From assembly GCA_002687905.1 (NCBI GenBank), contig NZBM01000015.1, positions 2,811 through 66,810 of the forward strand: DNA of 64,000 bases, in the 5' to 3' direction. Shown piece after piece: positions 10,396 through 19,869 of the stretch (its first letter is position 1; every line of letters begins with the position of its first letter). This DNA is from a bacterium. Its GTDB lineage: Bacteria > Patescibacteriota > Minisyncoccia > Phycocordibacterales > JABMNX01. Both the position numbers and the translations under genes were made by a program. The notes below the pieces were generated by a model that saw only the letters and a list, made by a program, of their open reading frames with translations, ran no database searches and was not told the DNA's origin.

Positions 10396-11235
10396 ATGAA
10401 AATCGGATTTATAGGTCAGGGCTACATTGGGAAAAATTATGCTGACGATTTTGAAAATCGTGGTTACGATGTCGTTCGTTATGCCCTTGAGGAGCCTTAC
10501 AATGGTAATAAGGAAAAAATAAAAGACTGCGATATTGTCTTTGTTGCCGTCCCAACCCCTACAACACCAAAAGGATTTGATAGCTCAATTATTGAAGACG
10601 CACTGACTTTAGTTGGGGAAGGGAAAATTGCAGTTATTAAATCAACGATACTTCCTGGTACCACAAAAGATTTACAAGAGAAACACAAAGATATCCTACT
10701 CCTCTGTTCGCCAGAGTTTTTATCTGAAGCAACAGCTGCGCACGATGCCGCAAGCCCTTTTTCGAATATAGTAGGTATTCCAGAAGGGTCTCACAAATAC
10801 AAGGAAGCTGCCGATAAAGTACACTCTGTACTGGCTGAAGCCCCGTTTGTACTTACCTGCTCAAGCGTTGAGGCAGAAATTATCAAATACACCCACAATG
10901 GTAGTGGTTATACCCAGATAATGTTTTTCAATATTATGTATGATCTTGCCAACAAACTCGGTGGTGATTGGGAGCAAATTGAAAAAGCTGTGAAGGCAGA
11001 CCCTATGATATGTAATCGTTACGCTAGCCCCGTTCACAAAACTGGTCGTGGTGCAGGAGGACATTGTTTTATAAAAGACATTGCAGCACTTCGAGAGCTT
11101 TATGGCGAGACTATTCCGGAAGACAATAAAGGGTTTGAGGTTTTAGAAAGTATGGAGGAGAAGAACAAAAAGCTTCTAAAGGACTCTGACAAGGATTTAG
11201 ATTTACTTGAGGGAGTTTACGGAAAAGATATATAA
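10396..11235 (+). CDS. NDP-sugar dehydrogenase (UDP-glucose/GDP-mannose dehydrogenase family), short 279-aa form
   Basis: GFIGQGYIG Rossmann motif at the N-terminus, VFVAVPTP, KSTILPGTT, SPEFLSEATAAHD, and the catalytic-Cys motif GGHCFIKD. It appears to lack the usual C-terminal UDP-binding domain. ATG lies 2 nt after the tRNA 3' end. Confidence 0.7.
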   Translation: MKIGFIGQGYIGKNYADDFENRGYDVVRYALEEPYNGNKEKIKDCDIVFVAVPTPTTPKGFDSSIIEDALTLVGEGKIAVIKSTILPGTTKDLQEKHKDILLLCSPEFLSEATAAHDAASPFSNIVGIPEGSHKYKEAADKVHSVLAEAPFVLTCSSVEAEIIKYTHNGSGYTQIMFFNIMYDLANKLGGDWEQIEKAVKADPMICNRYASPVHKTGRGAGGHCFIKDIAALRELYGETIPEDNKGFEVLESMEEKNKKLLKDSDKDLDLLEGVYGKDI

Positions 11236-11243
11236 AGCGTTAG

Positions 11244-11290
11244 GCCGTCGCGTATTGCGACGGCCCTGAATCCGCTATAAGCGGTTTTTA
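11244..11290. terminator. bidirectional terminator region (two hairpins, GGCCGTCGC-GTATT-GCGACGGCC and CCGCT-ATAA-GCGG followed by TTTTTA)
   Basis: Read directly between convergent ORFs. Confidence 0.5.
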
Positions 11291-11503
11291 TCTGCCTTCG
11301 CCGATGACGGCGATTCCGCAGTCGTCCCCAGGCTTGAACCTCTTCTGCTTTGGCTCCTTGTGATCTGGCGCAAGGCCAGGACGGCTGCCTTGCAAACCGC
11401 CGCAGCGACGGCCCTCCGGTATGAGATCGGTTTCGGGGGTTTCTTCCCCAAGGTCTTTGATGACAGCCTCTGGTTCTTGTTGGGTTTTTTTGTTGCTACT
11501 CAA
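11288..11503 (-). CDS. possible small Pro/Glu/Lys-rich protein (71 aa, TTG start) in a GC-rich patch
   Basis: GGAGA Shine-Dalgarno site 6 nt upstream of a TTG start. Low-complexity sequence. It overlaps the 5' extension of the + strand ORF. Local GC is clearly above the flanks. Weakly supported. Confidence 0.2.
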   Translation of the reverse strand: MSSNKKTQQEPEAVIKDLGEETPETDLIPEGRRCGGLQGSRPGLAPDHKEPKQKRFKPGDDCGIAVIGEGR

Positions 11504-11600
11504 TTTTCTTCTCCCTAGAGTTTGTGTCTATTCCGCTAATTATTATGGCTTATATCAAGTGTCTATACAACCAAGCTACACTGATGTAGTGTGGTCAGAT

Positions 11601-12071
11601 ATGGCAAATAAGGTAACTCTTTTGGTAAAAGATTCCTATCTCGCATATATTAAAAACAGTGTTGGGAGTAATGCCTTTCGCAATCTGTATGCAAAAGTTG
11701 GGAAAAGTAAGAAAGACATATTAAGAGACGGCGATCTCTCGTGCGCTTTTTTTGTCTCGGCAATGCTAATACAGTTTGCTCTTATTGAAAAACCACACGC
11801 AACGGTTGAAGGCCTTGAGCGGGATATAAAAAAGAGCGGGTGGAAGAAAATAAAAAGACCAAAAATTGGAAGTATTATATTTTGGAGAAAAGGACTACAA
11901 AAAGGCGAGGAACATCGCCACGTTGGTTTTTATATTGGTAAAAATAAAGCAGTGAGTAATAGCGACAAAAAGCGCCAGCCAGCAAACCACCATTACACTT
12001 TTGGAAAAGTAGGAGGGAAAGCTAAAAGAAAAATGGATTCAATTTATTGGCATAAAAAGCTAGACTCTTGA
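11601..12071 (+). CDS. CHAP / NlpC-P60-like papain-fold cysteine hydrolase (putative cell-wall amidase/peptidase)
   Basis: Cys motif DLSCAFFV, then about 55 aa downstream KIGSIIFW...HRHVGFYIG as the His motif. Start at MANKV (11601). The track ORF starts at 11421, and that version would add a possible signal-like N-terminus. Confidence 0.4.
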   Translation: MANKVTLLVKDSYLAYIKNSVGSNAFRNLYAKVGKSKKDILRDGDLSCAFFVSAMLIQFALIEKPHATVEGLERDIKKSGWKKIKRPKIGSIIFWRKGLQKGEEHRHVGFYIGKNKAVSNSDKKRQPANHHYTFGKVGGKAKRKMDSIYWHKKLDS

Positions 12072-12281
12072 CCGAATTAGTCTCATTTAGTTAAGCTAGA
12101 TTTAGCTATGAAAGGGGGGCTAAGCAATGATACTTCTGAGTAAGTTTATACGCTCTCTCCGTATTTGGTGGAGGACAGTTCAATTCTTCATCCCATATGA
12201 CATCAAAATCATGGAGGAGAGAGACGAAAGCCGACAAACTGGCTGGAGATGATAACTAAAAACAAGGCGATGACAATCTAG

Positions 12282-13703
12282 TCATCGCCTTTGGTGTTTT
12301 TTTGTGACAAGTTTTGGTATTTCTTCTATAAGACCATCTAGATCTCCAGAAGTCATTAGTATAATTACCTCGTCCCCAGAAAGACCCTCTTCAAGAGTTT
12401 TTATTATTTTCTCTGGTTTTTCAAAACCCCTTACATTTTTGTGATTAGCGCTTGCCCTCTCAACTATTTCTTCAAGTGTAAGTTGTGCGTGAGTTGCTGC
12501 GCCCTGCTCTGCAGGTTTATACACGAGCACTTCATCTACTCCGTCAAACACATAATCATACCCAGTAATTTTGCCTTTGTTTCTTAAACTAAAAGTATGT
12601 GGCTCAAATACTGTAACGATTTTTCGTTTTGGGAAATGTACTTTCATTGCCTCAAATCCAGCACGCGCCTTTTCAAACGAAGAGCCAAAGCCTTCATATA
12701 CTGGAATTGAGGATTTTGGGGTAAGAAGGTTAAGACGTCGGTTAACTCCTTTAAATGTTCTTACTCCCTCTGCTAGTTCGCCCGGAGTAATGAGCTCCTT
12801 TTCAAGAAGAATGGCGGAGACCCCCACGATATTTTGAATGTTGTGTGCACCGAGGAGCGTTGTTTCTAATAGCGCTATACTTTCGCCATTTTTTGTAAGG
12901 GCAAACGTAGAAGCTTCACCGTACAAAATATCTTTAGCACTCCAAACTCCTTCATTTAGCCCGTAACTTGTAACTCCCTCATAGTTTTGAGCAAGTCCTT
13001 TTGCTTCACTGTTGTCAAAGCAAATAATTTTTTTGGATTCCTTTGGAAGAGATTCCAATAGCTCCTTAAATGGTTTTAGATAATCTTCAAGGGTGGGGAA
13101 TACATTTATGTGGTCGTGTGAAGCAGATGTGAGAAGCACATCTCTGGTGTTGTAGTGAAGAAACTTTGCTCTATCGTCGTTGTGTGCTGATGGGTATTCA
13201 TCACCTTCAAGGACAAATACATTACCATCTCCAAGCTTTGCGGTTTTTTCAATACCCAGAGGTACTGCGCCTATGAAATAGCTCGGGTCTTTTCCTGCGT
13301 TAATGAGGCAATGAGCTAGTAGGGCTGTACAAGTTGATTTTGCGTATGAGCCTGTCACCACTATGTTTTTTGTATTCTTGGTGAGCTTGCCAAGCACCTG
13401 CGCAAATGATTTTATTTCTATACCACTATCAATAGCCGCCCTAGCTTCTTCATTTGTGTCAGGCGAGAGTTTGGCTTGCTTTCCCATTACTATAAGGTCA
13501 GCATCTTTAGGAATATTTTCCTTTGAGTAGCCCTCCTTAAAATTGATCCCAGCGTCTTTAAGGTGTGTACTCATTGGGGGGTAGAAACCCACATCAGAAC
13601 CGGTTATCTCCCACCCACTGTCGCGAAGAAGAAGGGCAGTGCTACCCATGCCAACCCCTGCTATCCCTATAAAATGGGCCTTTTTACTCCCTTTTTCTTT
13701 CAT
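12282..13703 (-). CDS. Mur ligase family protein (Mpl / MurC-like UDP-N-acetylmuramate ligase)
   Basis: N-terminal HFIGIAGVGMGSTA and the Mpl-type YPPMS motif. Mur-ligase central P-loop VTGSYAKST, and a C-terminal domain. Confidence 0.8.
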   Translation of the reverse strand: MKEKGSKKAHFIGIAGVGMGSTALLLRDSGWEITGSDVGFYPPMSTHLKDAGINFKEGYSKENIPKDADLIVMGKQAKLSPDTNEEARAAIDSGIEIKSFAQVLGKLTKNTKNIVVTGSYAKSTCTALLAHCLINAGKDPSYFIGAVPLGIEKTAKLGDGNVFVLEGDEYPSAHNDDRAKFLHYNTRDVLLTSASHDHINVFPTLEDYLKPFKELLESLPKESKKIICFDNSEAKGLAQNYEGVTSYGLNEGVWSAKDILYGEASTFALTKNGESIALLETTLLGAHNIQNIVGVSAILLEKELITPGELAEGVRTFKGVNRRLNLLTPKSSIPVYEGFGSSFEKARAGFEAMKVHFPKRKIVTVFEPHTFSLRNKGKITGYDYVFDGVDEVLVYKPAEQGAATHAQLTLEEIVERASANHKNVRGFEKPEKIIKTLEEGLSGDEVIILMTSGDLDGLIEEIPKLVTKKHQRR

Positions 13704-13758
13704 TGTGACACTCTATCATAGAGCTTGCTCTTCGCACTCAAATCGATAGTATTGGCTG

Positions 13759-14442
13759 ATGGCGACACTTTACATAATAGCTACTCCAATAGGAAACCTT
13801 GAGGACATATCTCCTCGGGCGCTTCGCATTTTGGGCGAGGTGGATTTGGTGCTTTGTGAGGATACGAGAGTTACAAAGAAGCTGCTTTCTCATTTCAATA
13901 TTAAAACCCCAACACTCTCATATCATTCAAATAGCGGACTTACCAAAACAGACAAAATTTTAGACCTACTTGAGAGTGGGAAAAATCTTGCGCTAGTTTC
14001 AGATGCCGGCACTCCTGCGATTTCTGACCCAGGGGCAAGTTTGGTTTCTTGTGTACGCGAGGAGTTTGGAGACAGTATTTCAATAATCTCAATCTCTGGA
14101 CCAAGTGCACTTATCTCGGCCCTTTCGGTATCTGGCCTTCCGGCATCTGATTTTCTATTTTTAGGATTTCTTCCTCACAAAAAAGGACGTGAGACACAAC
14201 TTAAAGAAGCTGTAGATTCAAGAAGAACGACTGTGTTTTATGAATCACCACACAGGATTATGAAGACTCTAAATTGGCTGAAAGACAATTTGGAGGATGA
14301 TAGAAGGGTGGTAGTTTCAAAAGAGCTCACAAAGATTTATGAAGAGAGTATTTCAGGTAGCTCAAAAGAGGTGTTTGAGTACTTTGAGGAAAATGAAGAT
14401 AAAGTGCGAGGCGAGTTCGTAATTATGGTTAGTGGAAAATAA
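13759..14442 (+). CDS. rsmI: 16S rRNA (cytidine1402-2'-O)-methyltransferase RsmI (tetrapyrrole-methylase fold)
   Basis: N-terminal LYIIATPIGNLEDISPRALRIL...DLVLCEDTR matches the RsmI signature. Confidence 0.8.
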   Translation: MATLYIIATPIGNLEDISPRALRILGEVDLVLCEDTRVTKKLLSHFNIKTPTLSYHSNSGLTKTDKILDLLESGKNLALVSDAGTPAISDPGASLVSCVREEFGDSISIISISGPSALISALSVSGLPASDFLFLGFLPHKKGRETQLKEAVDSRRTTVFYESPHRIMKTLNWLKDNLEDDRRVVVSKELTKIYEESISGSSKEVFEYFEENEDKVRGEFVIMVSGK

Positions 14443-14468
14443 GGCATAGTTAAGCTATACTTTCGCCA

Positions 14469-14735
14469 ATGTCAAAGGATTCAGTAATTTTAATACTAGG
14501 TATCGTCGTAGTGATAGTGCCATTTCTTGGTTTTCCTGGAATATTTGAGACGATTGCTTTTGTAGTTTCTGGAGCAGTAATAGCCGTACTGGCTTTTATG
14601 TTAAGGCGTGATATTGCAGAAGGGCTTCACTGCAAACCATTTGAGGAAGGGAAGACTACTGATACATACAGCCAAAACAATGCAAGGAAAAATGATAATG
14701 AGGAAAACGCTGAAAAATCTGAAGGGGAAGGCTAG
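14469..14735 (+). CDS. small membrane protein (two predicted TM helices, acidic tail)
   Basis: Hydrophobic N-terminal 45 aa. No recognisable family. Confidence 0.35.
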   Translation: MSKDSVILILGIVVVIVPFLGFPGIFETIAFVVSGAVIAVLAFMLRRDIAEGLHCKPFEEGKTTDTYSQNNARKNDNEENAEKSEGEG

Positions 14736-15903
14736 GCACAAATACGCCCCATACGCTTTTGCAGTAGTGGCAGCGGGTTTAATCCCTGCTGCTTATTTGG
14801 GTATTTCAGAGCTTTTGCCGGAGTCCTATGACGCAAAGGAAAATGCACCCGCTGAAGTGGTAGATGTTGTTGAGAACAAATTTGTGGTGACACATTTAAA
14901 GACTCCGGAGGCAGTAAAAGCAGTGTATATGAGCCAGTGCGTAGTTGGCACGCCAAGTTTTAGGAAGAAATTGGTGAATTTAATTGAAGAGACTGAATTA
15001 AATTCTGTTGTTATAGACGTAAAAGACTACACAGGAAAATTGTCGTTTGACACAAATCATCCGCTTCTTAAAGACAGCGTCTCGGACGAATGTGGTGCGT
15101 ACGATATGAAAGAGTTCTTAGGGGAGCTACACGAAAAAGGAATTTACACAATTGCTCGAATCACAGCATTTCAGGATCCTTATTACACAAGTATAAGGCC
15201 GGACCTTGCGGTGGCTAAAGGAAGTGCGACAAGCACAGTCTGGAAGGATTATCGCGGACTTTCTTTTATTGATGTTGGAGCTACAGAGTTTTGGGACTAT
15301 CTAGTGGCTATTGGAGAGGAGACATATAAAGTTGGTTTTGATGAGCTCAATTTTGACTATATTCGTTTTCCGTCTGATGGAGATATGAATGATATTTATT
15401 ATCCATTCAGTGAAGAGTTTGTAGTGTCTGACCCAGATCTTGGAAAGGCGCGAGTTGTAAGAGGATTCTTTTCATATCTTTCAAAAAAACTGCGACCGAC
15501 AGGCGCAGTGCTCTCGGCTGATCTTTTTGGAATGACTACAACAAACAAAGATGATCTAAATATCGGTCAAATATTAGAGTATGCTGACCCTTACTTTGAC
15601 TACATAGCACCTATGGTTTACCCAAGTCACTACCCGCCAAGTTTTCTTGGGCTTGAGAACCCAAATAAAAATATCTACAAAGTTATTCATTATTCTATGA
15701 GTGAGGGGGTAAAGAGGCTTACTAAAGCAAGCTCAACCCCATCAAAGCTTCGTCCGTGGCTACAAGATTTTGACTACGGTGGATATTACGGCAAAGAAGA
15801 AGTTCGCGAGCAGATTCAGGCAACGTATGATACCGGACTTACCAGCTGGATGCTCTGGGACCCGGCCAATATCTATACCAGAGAGGCTCTACTTAGTGAG
15901 TAA
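14698..15903 (+). CDS. membrane-anchored putative glycoside hydrolase (GHL / DUF4015-type TIM barrel)
   Basis: N-terminal signal-anchor AFAVVAAGLIPAAYLGI. Motifs VVIDVKDYTGK, GFDELNFDYIRFP. Start chosen at the MRK codon after an AAGGA Shine-Dalgarno site. The track ORF begins at 14608 in-frame upstream. Confidence 0.5.
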   Translation: MRKTLKNLKGKARHKYAPYAFAVVAAGLIPAAYLGISELLPESYDAKENAPAEVVDVVENKFVVTHLKTPEAVKAVYMSQCVVGTPSFRKKLVNLIEETELNSVVIDVKDYTGKLSFDTNHPLLKDSVSDECGAYDMKEFLGELHEKGIYTIARITAFQDPYYTSIRPDLAVAKGSATSTVWKDYRGLSFIDVGATEFWDYLVAIGEETYKVGFDELNFDYIRFPSDGDMNDIYYPFSEEFVVSDPDLGKARVVRGFFSYLSKKLRPTGAVLSADLFGMTTTNKDDLNIGQILEYADPYFDYIAPMVYPSHYPPSFLGLENPNKNIYKVIHYSMSEGVKRLTKASSTPSKLRPWLQDFDYGGYYGKEEVREQIQATYDTGLTSWMLWDPANIYTREALLSE

Positions 15904-15941
15904 ACTGACTCACTATATTTTCTATACTATACTGAATAATA

Positions 15942-17654
15942 ATGGATGATAATCCCGAGCAGATAAATTATTTTGCGGCCACCGACTCACGTGGCGTGAG
16001 GAAGCCTTTTGGTATTAAGGCTATTGACCGCGCCCGCCATATGTATGTGATTGGGAAGACCGGAATGGGTAAGTCTACACTCCTTGAGAATATGGCCATT
16101 CAAGATATTCAGAACGGAAACGGTATTTCTTTTATAGACCCCCATGGCTCCACAGCAGAGAAATTGCTTGATTATGTTCCAGAGAATCGAATTAAGGACG
16201 TAATATATTTTGCTCCTTTTGATATGGATCATCCTGTTGCATTTAACGTGATGGAGGATGTGGGCTATGACAAGCGCCACTTGGTGGTGTCGGGTCTGCT
16301 GGGTGCTTTTAAGAAGATTTGGGTTGACAATTGGAGTGCTCGAATGGAATACATTTTAACAAACACACTTCTTGCTCTTCTTGAGTACCCTGATTCAACT
16401 CTTCTTGATGTAAATAAGATGCTTATTAACAAGGCGTTTAGGGCTAAAGTTGTGGACAGGATTACTGACCCAATAGTGAAATCTTTTTGGGCCGAGGAGT
16501 TTGCTAATTATGGTGACCGCTATACACAAGACGCAACTCCTGCAATTCAAAACAAGGTAGGACAATTTACATCAAATCCGCTTATAAGAAACATTGTTGG
16601 CCAACCAAAATCCTCCTTTGATGTAAGGAAAATAATGGATGAAAAGAAGATTTTCATAGCTAACCTCTCAAAAGGGCGAATGGGGGAACAAAACGCAGAC
16701 CTTATAGGGAGTATGCTTACAACCAAGATTTACCTTGCAGCAATGAGTCGAGCCGGCGAGTCTACCGGCGTCCTCAATAACCTTCCACCTCATTATTTCT
16801 ATGTTGATGAATTTCAATCGGTAGCAAACGACTCTTTTGCAGATATTTTATCTGAAGCCAGAAAATACAAACTTGCTCTTACTCTTGCTCATCAATATGT
16901 AGAGCAGATGGAAGAAAACGTGAGAAATGCTGTTTTTGGAAACGTTGGTACGACAATAATGTTTAGAGTAGGACCACTTGATGCAGAACTTTTTGAAGCT
17001 CTTTGTAAGCCAAAGTTTACAGCAGAAGACTTAGTTAATTTGGGCAAATTTCAGATTTATTTGATGCTAATGATTGACGGAGTCGGCTCACAACCATTTT
17101 CAGCTATAACGCTTCCGTCAATTGAGGAGCCTGAAATTACGTTTCGCAAGCAAATTAATGAAAACTCACAAAAGACTTACGGAAGACCGCAACAAGTTGT
17201 TGAGAAAACAATTCGTGAGAGAAATGAAATAGAGGACTCACCGCAAAAAAGAAGTGAGAGAGCTCTTCAAAAACAACAAGAGAAGGAAAAATCCCAAAAC
17301 GGAGGCAGGTACAGTGGGGGAGGTTCAAATGGAGGAAGAAATAAACCAAGGCGCGAGCTAAATCGCCACGACAAGACTATCTCTCTTAAAGATCTTCGCT
17401 CAAAAATGAAAGAGGAGGATAGAGGCAAAGAGAAAGGAAAAAAAGAGCAGTTAAATGACCTACGCTCTGCTCTAAAAAGTGCCATAAGCTCGCATAAAAA
17501 AGGCGAGCCAAAGAAGGAAGAGTCAAAAGAGGAGAAACCAAAACCGCCAAAACAAGCACCAAGCCCACCTAAACCGGAAGAAAAGAAAAATGAGATATCG
17601 GAGGAGGAGCTTAAGCGAATTCTTAATGTCGAAAAAAACGACTCAACCGGTTGA
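15942..17654 (+). CDS. FtsK/HerA-superfamily P-loop ATPase (HerA/VirB4/TraD-like) with a roughly 170-aa Lys/Glu-rich disordered C-terminal tail
   Basis: Walker A VIGKTGMGKST followed by the FIDPHGS motif (HerA-type DPHG). Walker B-like YFYVDEF. The tail is KEKSQNGGRYSGGGSNGG...KPKPPKQAPSPPKPEEKK. Confidence 0.5.
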   Translation: MDDNPEQINYFAATDSRGVRKPFGIKAIDRARHMYVIGKTGMGKSTLLENMAIQDIQNGNGISFIDPHGSTAEKLLDYVPENRIKDVIYFAPFDMDHPVAFNVMEDVGYDKRHLVVSGLLGAFKKIWVDNWSARMEYILTNTLLALLEYPDSTLLDVNKMLINKAFRAKVVDRITDPIVKSFWAEEFANYGDRYTQDATPAIQNKVGQFTSNPLIRNIVGQPKSSFDVRKIMDEKKIFIANLSKGRMGEQNADLIGSMLTTKIYLAAMSRAGESTGVLNNLPPHYFYVDEFQSVANDSFADILSEARKYKLALTLAHQYVEQMEENVRNAVFGNVGTTIMFRVGPLDAELFEALCKPKFTAEDLVNLGKFQIYLMLMIDGVGSQPFSAITLPSIEEPEITFRKQINENSQKTYGRPQQVVEKTIRERNEIEDSPQKRSERALQKQQEKEKSQNGGRYSGGGSNGGRNKPRRELNRHDKTISLKDLRSKMKEEDRGKEKGKKEQLNDLRSALKSAISSHKKGEPKKEESKEEKPKPPKQAPSPPKPEEKKNEISEEELKRILNVEKNDSTG

Positions 17655-17662
17655 GTTGATTT

Positions 17663-19003
17663 ATGTGGCTTAGATTAGCCATATTTTCACTGCTCATTTT
17701 TCCAGGAACTGCTTTTTCGCAGGTTGTTATAAGTGAGATAATGTATGACCTTGAGGGCTCTGATACGGATAGAGAGTGGATGGAGGTTTTTAATGAAAGT
17801 TCTTCTTCGGTTGATTTATCCGGCTGGCGATTTTTTGAAGGAACAAGTAATCATAAACTTACTCTTAAGCAAGGAGGCGCGACTCTTGAGAGTGGGGAGT
17901 ACGCGGTGATAGTAGATGACGACGTTACGTTTCTAATTGATTGGCCGAATTATTCCGGGGCTCTTTTTGATAGCTCATTTTCTCTTAGTAATACTGGCGA
18001 GACTTTAATACTTAGAGACAGCGAACTCTCTGACATTGACTCTGTAACGTATAGCTCCGAGTGGGGAGGCAAAGGAGACGGAAACTCTCTTACCAGAGAT
18101 GATGGTGGTAATTTTTCAGGAGCTCTCCCAACTCCTGGAAGTGGAGATTTAAATTCTGAAGAAGGGAGCTCCGAAGAGTCTTCCGAAAGCTCTTCGAGCG
18201 GAGCTATCTCTGCGACCACTCCACTTTTTACTCCTGAAATTTTTGCCTACGCTGGAGAAGATAGGACAGTCACGGTTGGAGCTGACACAAAGTTTGAAGG
18301 GCAGTCTATAGGACTTGAGGGCGAGCCAATGACCAATGCTAGGTATCTGTGGAACTTTGGAGATGGGAGTATTCGTGAGGGTGAGAATGTACTTCATAAT
18401 TTTAAATATCCTGGGGATTATGTAGTGGTTCTGAACGTGTCATCTGGTCAGTATTCTGCATCGGATAAGATAGTGGTTAGTGCGCTCCCCGCGCAACTAA
18501 AAGTTGCGCGGGGAGAAGATGGAAGTGTAATTTTAGGAAATAGAGAAGATAGAGAAATTGACCTTTCTTGGTGGTACATAAAATCGGGAGACAAAACATT
18601 TCAGCTTCCTGAAATGACTTATATATTAGGGAGTAGCGAGATTAGATTTAGCTCCTCTGTTACTGAATTGTCCGAAATTGCCGAGCTATCACTTCTTTAT
18701 CCAAATGGCTCTATAGCCCTTTTAGAGTCCGAAAATGAGCCACAAAACCAAGTGCCTCAACAGGTAGTTACAGAAGTAGTGCCTAAGAAAAGGGCAGAAA
18801 TTCCTGTTATAGTGCCTGATATAGAGAGGGTTAGTGAGGCGGAAATAAAAGGTGAAGAACAGGTAGCGGCCCCTATCGCTGCTCGGGAATCGGATGATTT
18901 CTATAAATGGATACTTGCACTTTTTGGTCTGATTGGTTTAGGTGTAGGAGCGGGGCTTTATATTCAAAAAGAGGGAAAGGATGAATTTACTATAATTGAC
19001 TAA
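17663..19003 (+). CDS. secreted lamin-tail-domain (LTD) + PKD-domain protein with a C-terminal TM anchor
   Basis: Signal peptide MWLRLAIFSLLIFPGTAFS. LTD motif VISEIMYD...EWMEVFN...LSGW. PKD-like RYLWNFGDGS...HNFKYPGDYVVVLNVSS. C-terminal hydrophobic helix. Confidence 0.65.
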   Translation: MWLRLAIFSLLIFPGTAFSQVVISEIMYDLEGSDTDREWMEVFNESSSSVDLSGWRFFEGTSNHKLTLKQGGATLESGEYAVIVDDDVTFLIDWPNYSGALFDSSFSLSNTGETLILRDSELSDIDSVTYSSEWGGKGDGNSLTRDDGGNFSGALPTPGSGDLNSEEGSSEESSESSSSGAISATTPLFTPEIFAYAGEDRTVTVGADTKFEGQSIGLEGEPMTNARYLWNFGDGSIREGENVLHNFKYPGDYVVVLNVSSGQYSASDKIVVSALPAQLKVARGEDGSVILGNREDREIDLSWWYIKSGDKTFQLPEMTYILGSSEIRFSSSVTELSEIAELSLLYPNGSIALLESENEPQNQVPQQVVTEVVPKKRAEIPVIVPDIERVSEAEIKGEEQVAAPIAARESDDFYKWILALFGLIGLGVGAGLYIQKEGKDEFTIID

Positions 19004-19869
19004 TGGCTAAAGAAAATAAAAAAACAATACTGGTAACCGGCGGAGCCGGCTTTATAGGCTCTCACCTCTGTGAGCGCCTTGTTAAAGGTGGTCATAGAGT
19101 AATTAGTCTTGACAACTACTTCACCGGCTCAAAGGATAATCACGTGGGCGGAGTGGAATATATAGAGGGCCATACTAAAGATATTGAAAAGCATATAAAG
19201 GAGGAAATTAATATAATTTTTCACTTAGGAGAATACGCCAGAGTTGAGAAGAGTTTGGAAGAGCCCGAATTGGTTTGGGAGTTAAATAAGGAGGGAACTT
19301 TTCGTGTTCTTGAGTTTTGTAGGAAAAATAAACCGAAACTTGTTTATGCGGGCTCAAGTACAAAATATGGTGATGGTGGTTTGGGACGTGACCAGAGCCC
19401 ATATGCTTGGACAAAAGCAAGCAACACTGAACTAGTGAGAAATTATGGGGAATGGTGTGGCATAAATTATGCAATAACATACTTTTATAACGTGTATGGG
19501 GGGAAGGAGAGAAGCGGTGCTTACGGAACAGTAATTGCGATATTTAAAGAGAAGTTTAAGAAAGGGGAGTCAATTCCTGTAGTTTCTCCTGGGACTCAAG
19601 TGAGAAATTTTACTCACATTAATGATATTGTTGACGGCCTAATAATGGTTGGGGAGAAAGGTCATGGCGACGATTATGGACTTGGAGATGAGAGGGGATA
19701 CTCAATACTTGAGATAGCAAAGATGTTTGGGGGAGAAATTGATATGTTGCCTGAACGTAAAGGAAATAGAATGGAATCTGACATAGATACGACAAAAACA
19801 AGAGGTTTAGGGTGGTCTCCTCAAAGAGGGGTTGAGGATTATATCAAAGATATAAGCAAAGGTTTATGA
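19003..19869 (+). CDS. NAD-dependent epimerase/dehydratase family protein (short SDR)
   Basis: TILVTGGAGFIGSH Rossmann motif, YAWTK catalytic motif. Confidence 0.7.
   Translation: MAKENKKTILVTGGAGFIGSHLCERLVKGGHRVISLDNYFTGSKDNHVGGVEYIEGHTKDIEKHIKEEINIIFHLGEYARVEKSLEEPELVWELNKEGTFRVLEFCRKNKPKLVYAGSSTKYGDGGLGRDQSPYAWTKASNTELVRNYGEWCGINYAITYFYNVYGGKERSGAYGTVIAIFKEKFKKGESIPVVSPGTQVRNFTHINDIVDGLIMVGEKGHGDDYGLGDERGYSILEIAKMFGGEIDMLPERKGNRMESDIDTTKTRGLGWSPQRGVEDYIKDISKGL

Noticed and set aside
12072-12281. Small ORF of about 40 codons (ATG near 12127) in the convergent intergenic region
   Set aside because: No RBS and no recognisable features. The region is better explained by the bidirectional terminator hairpin at 12262-12285.
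17155-17568. Minus-strand ORFs antisense to the Lys/Glu-rich tail of the HerA-like gene
   Set aside because: Low-complexity antisense translations (Phe/Leu/Ser-rich) of an AAG/GAA-rich coding stretch.
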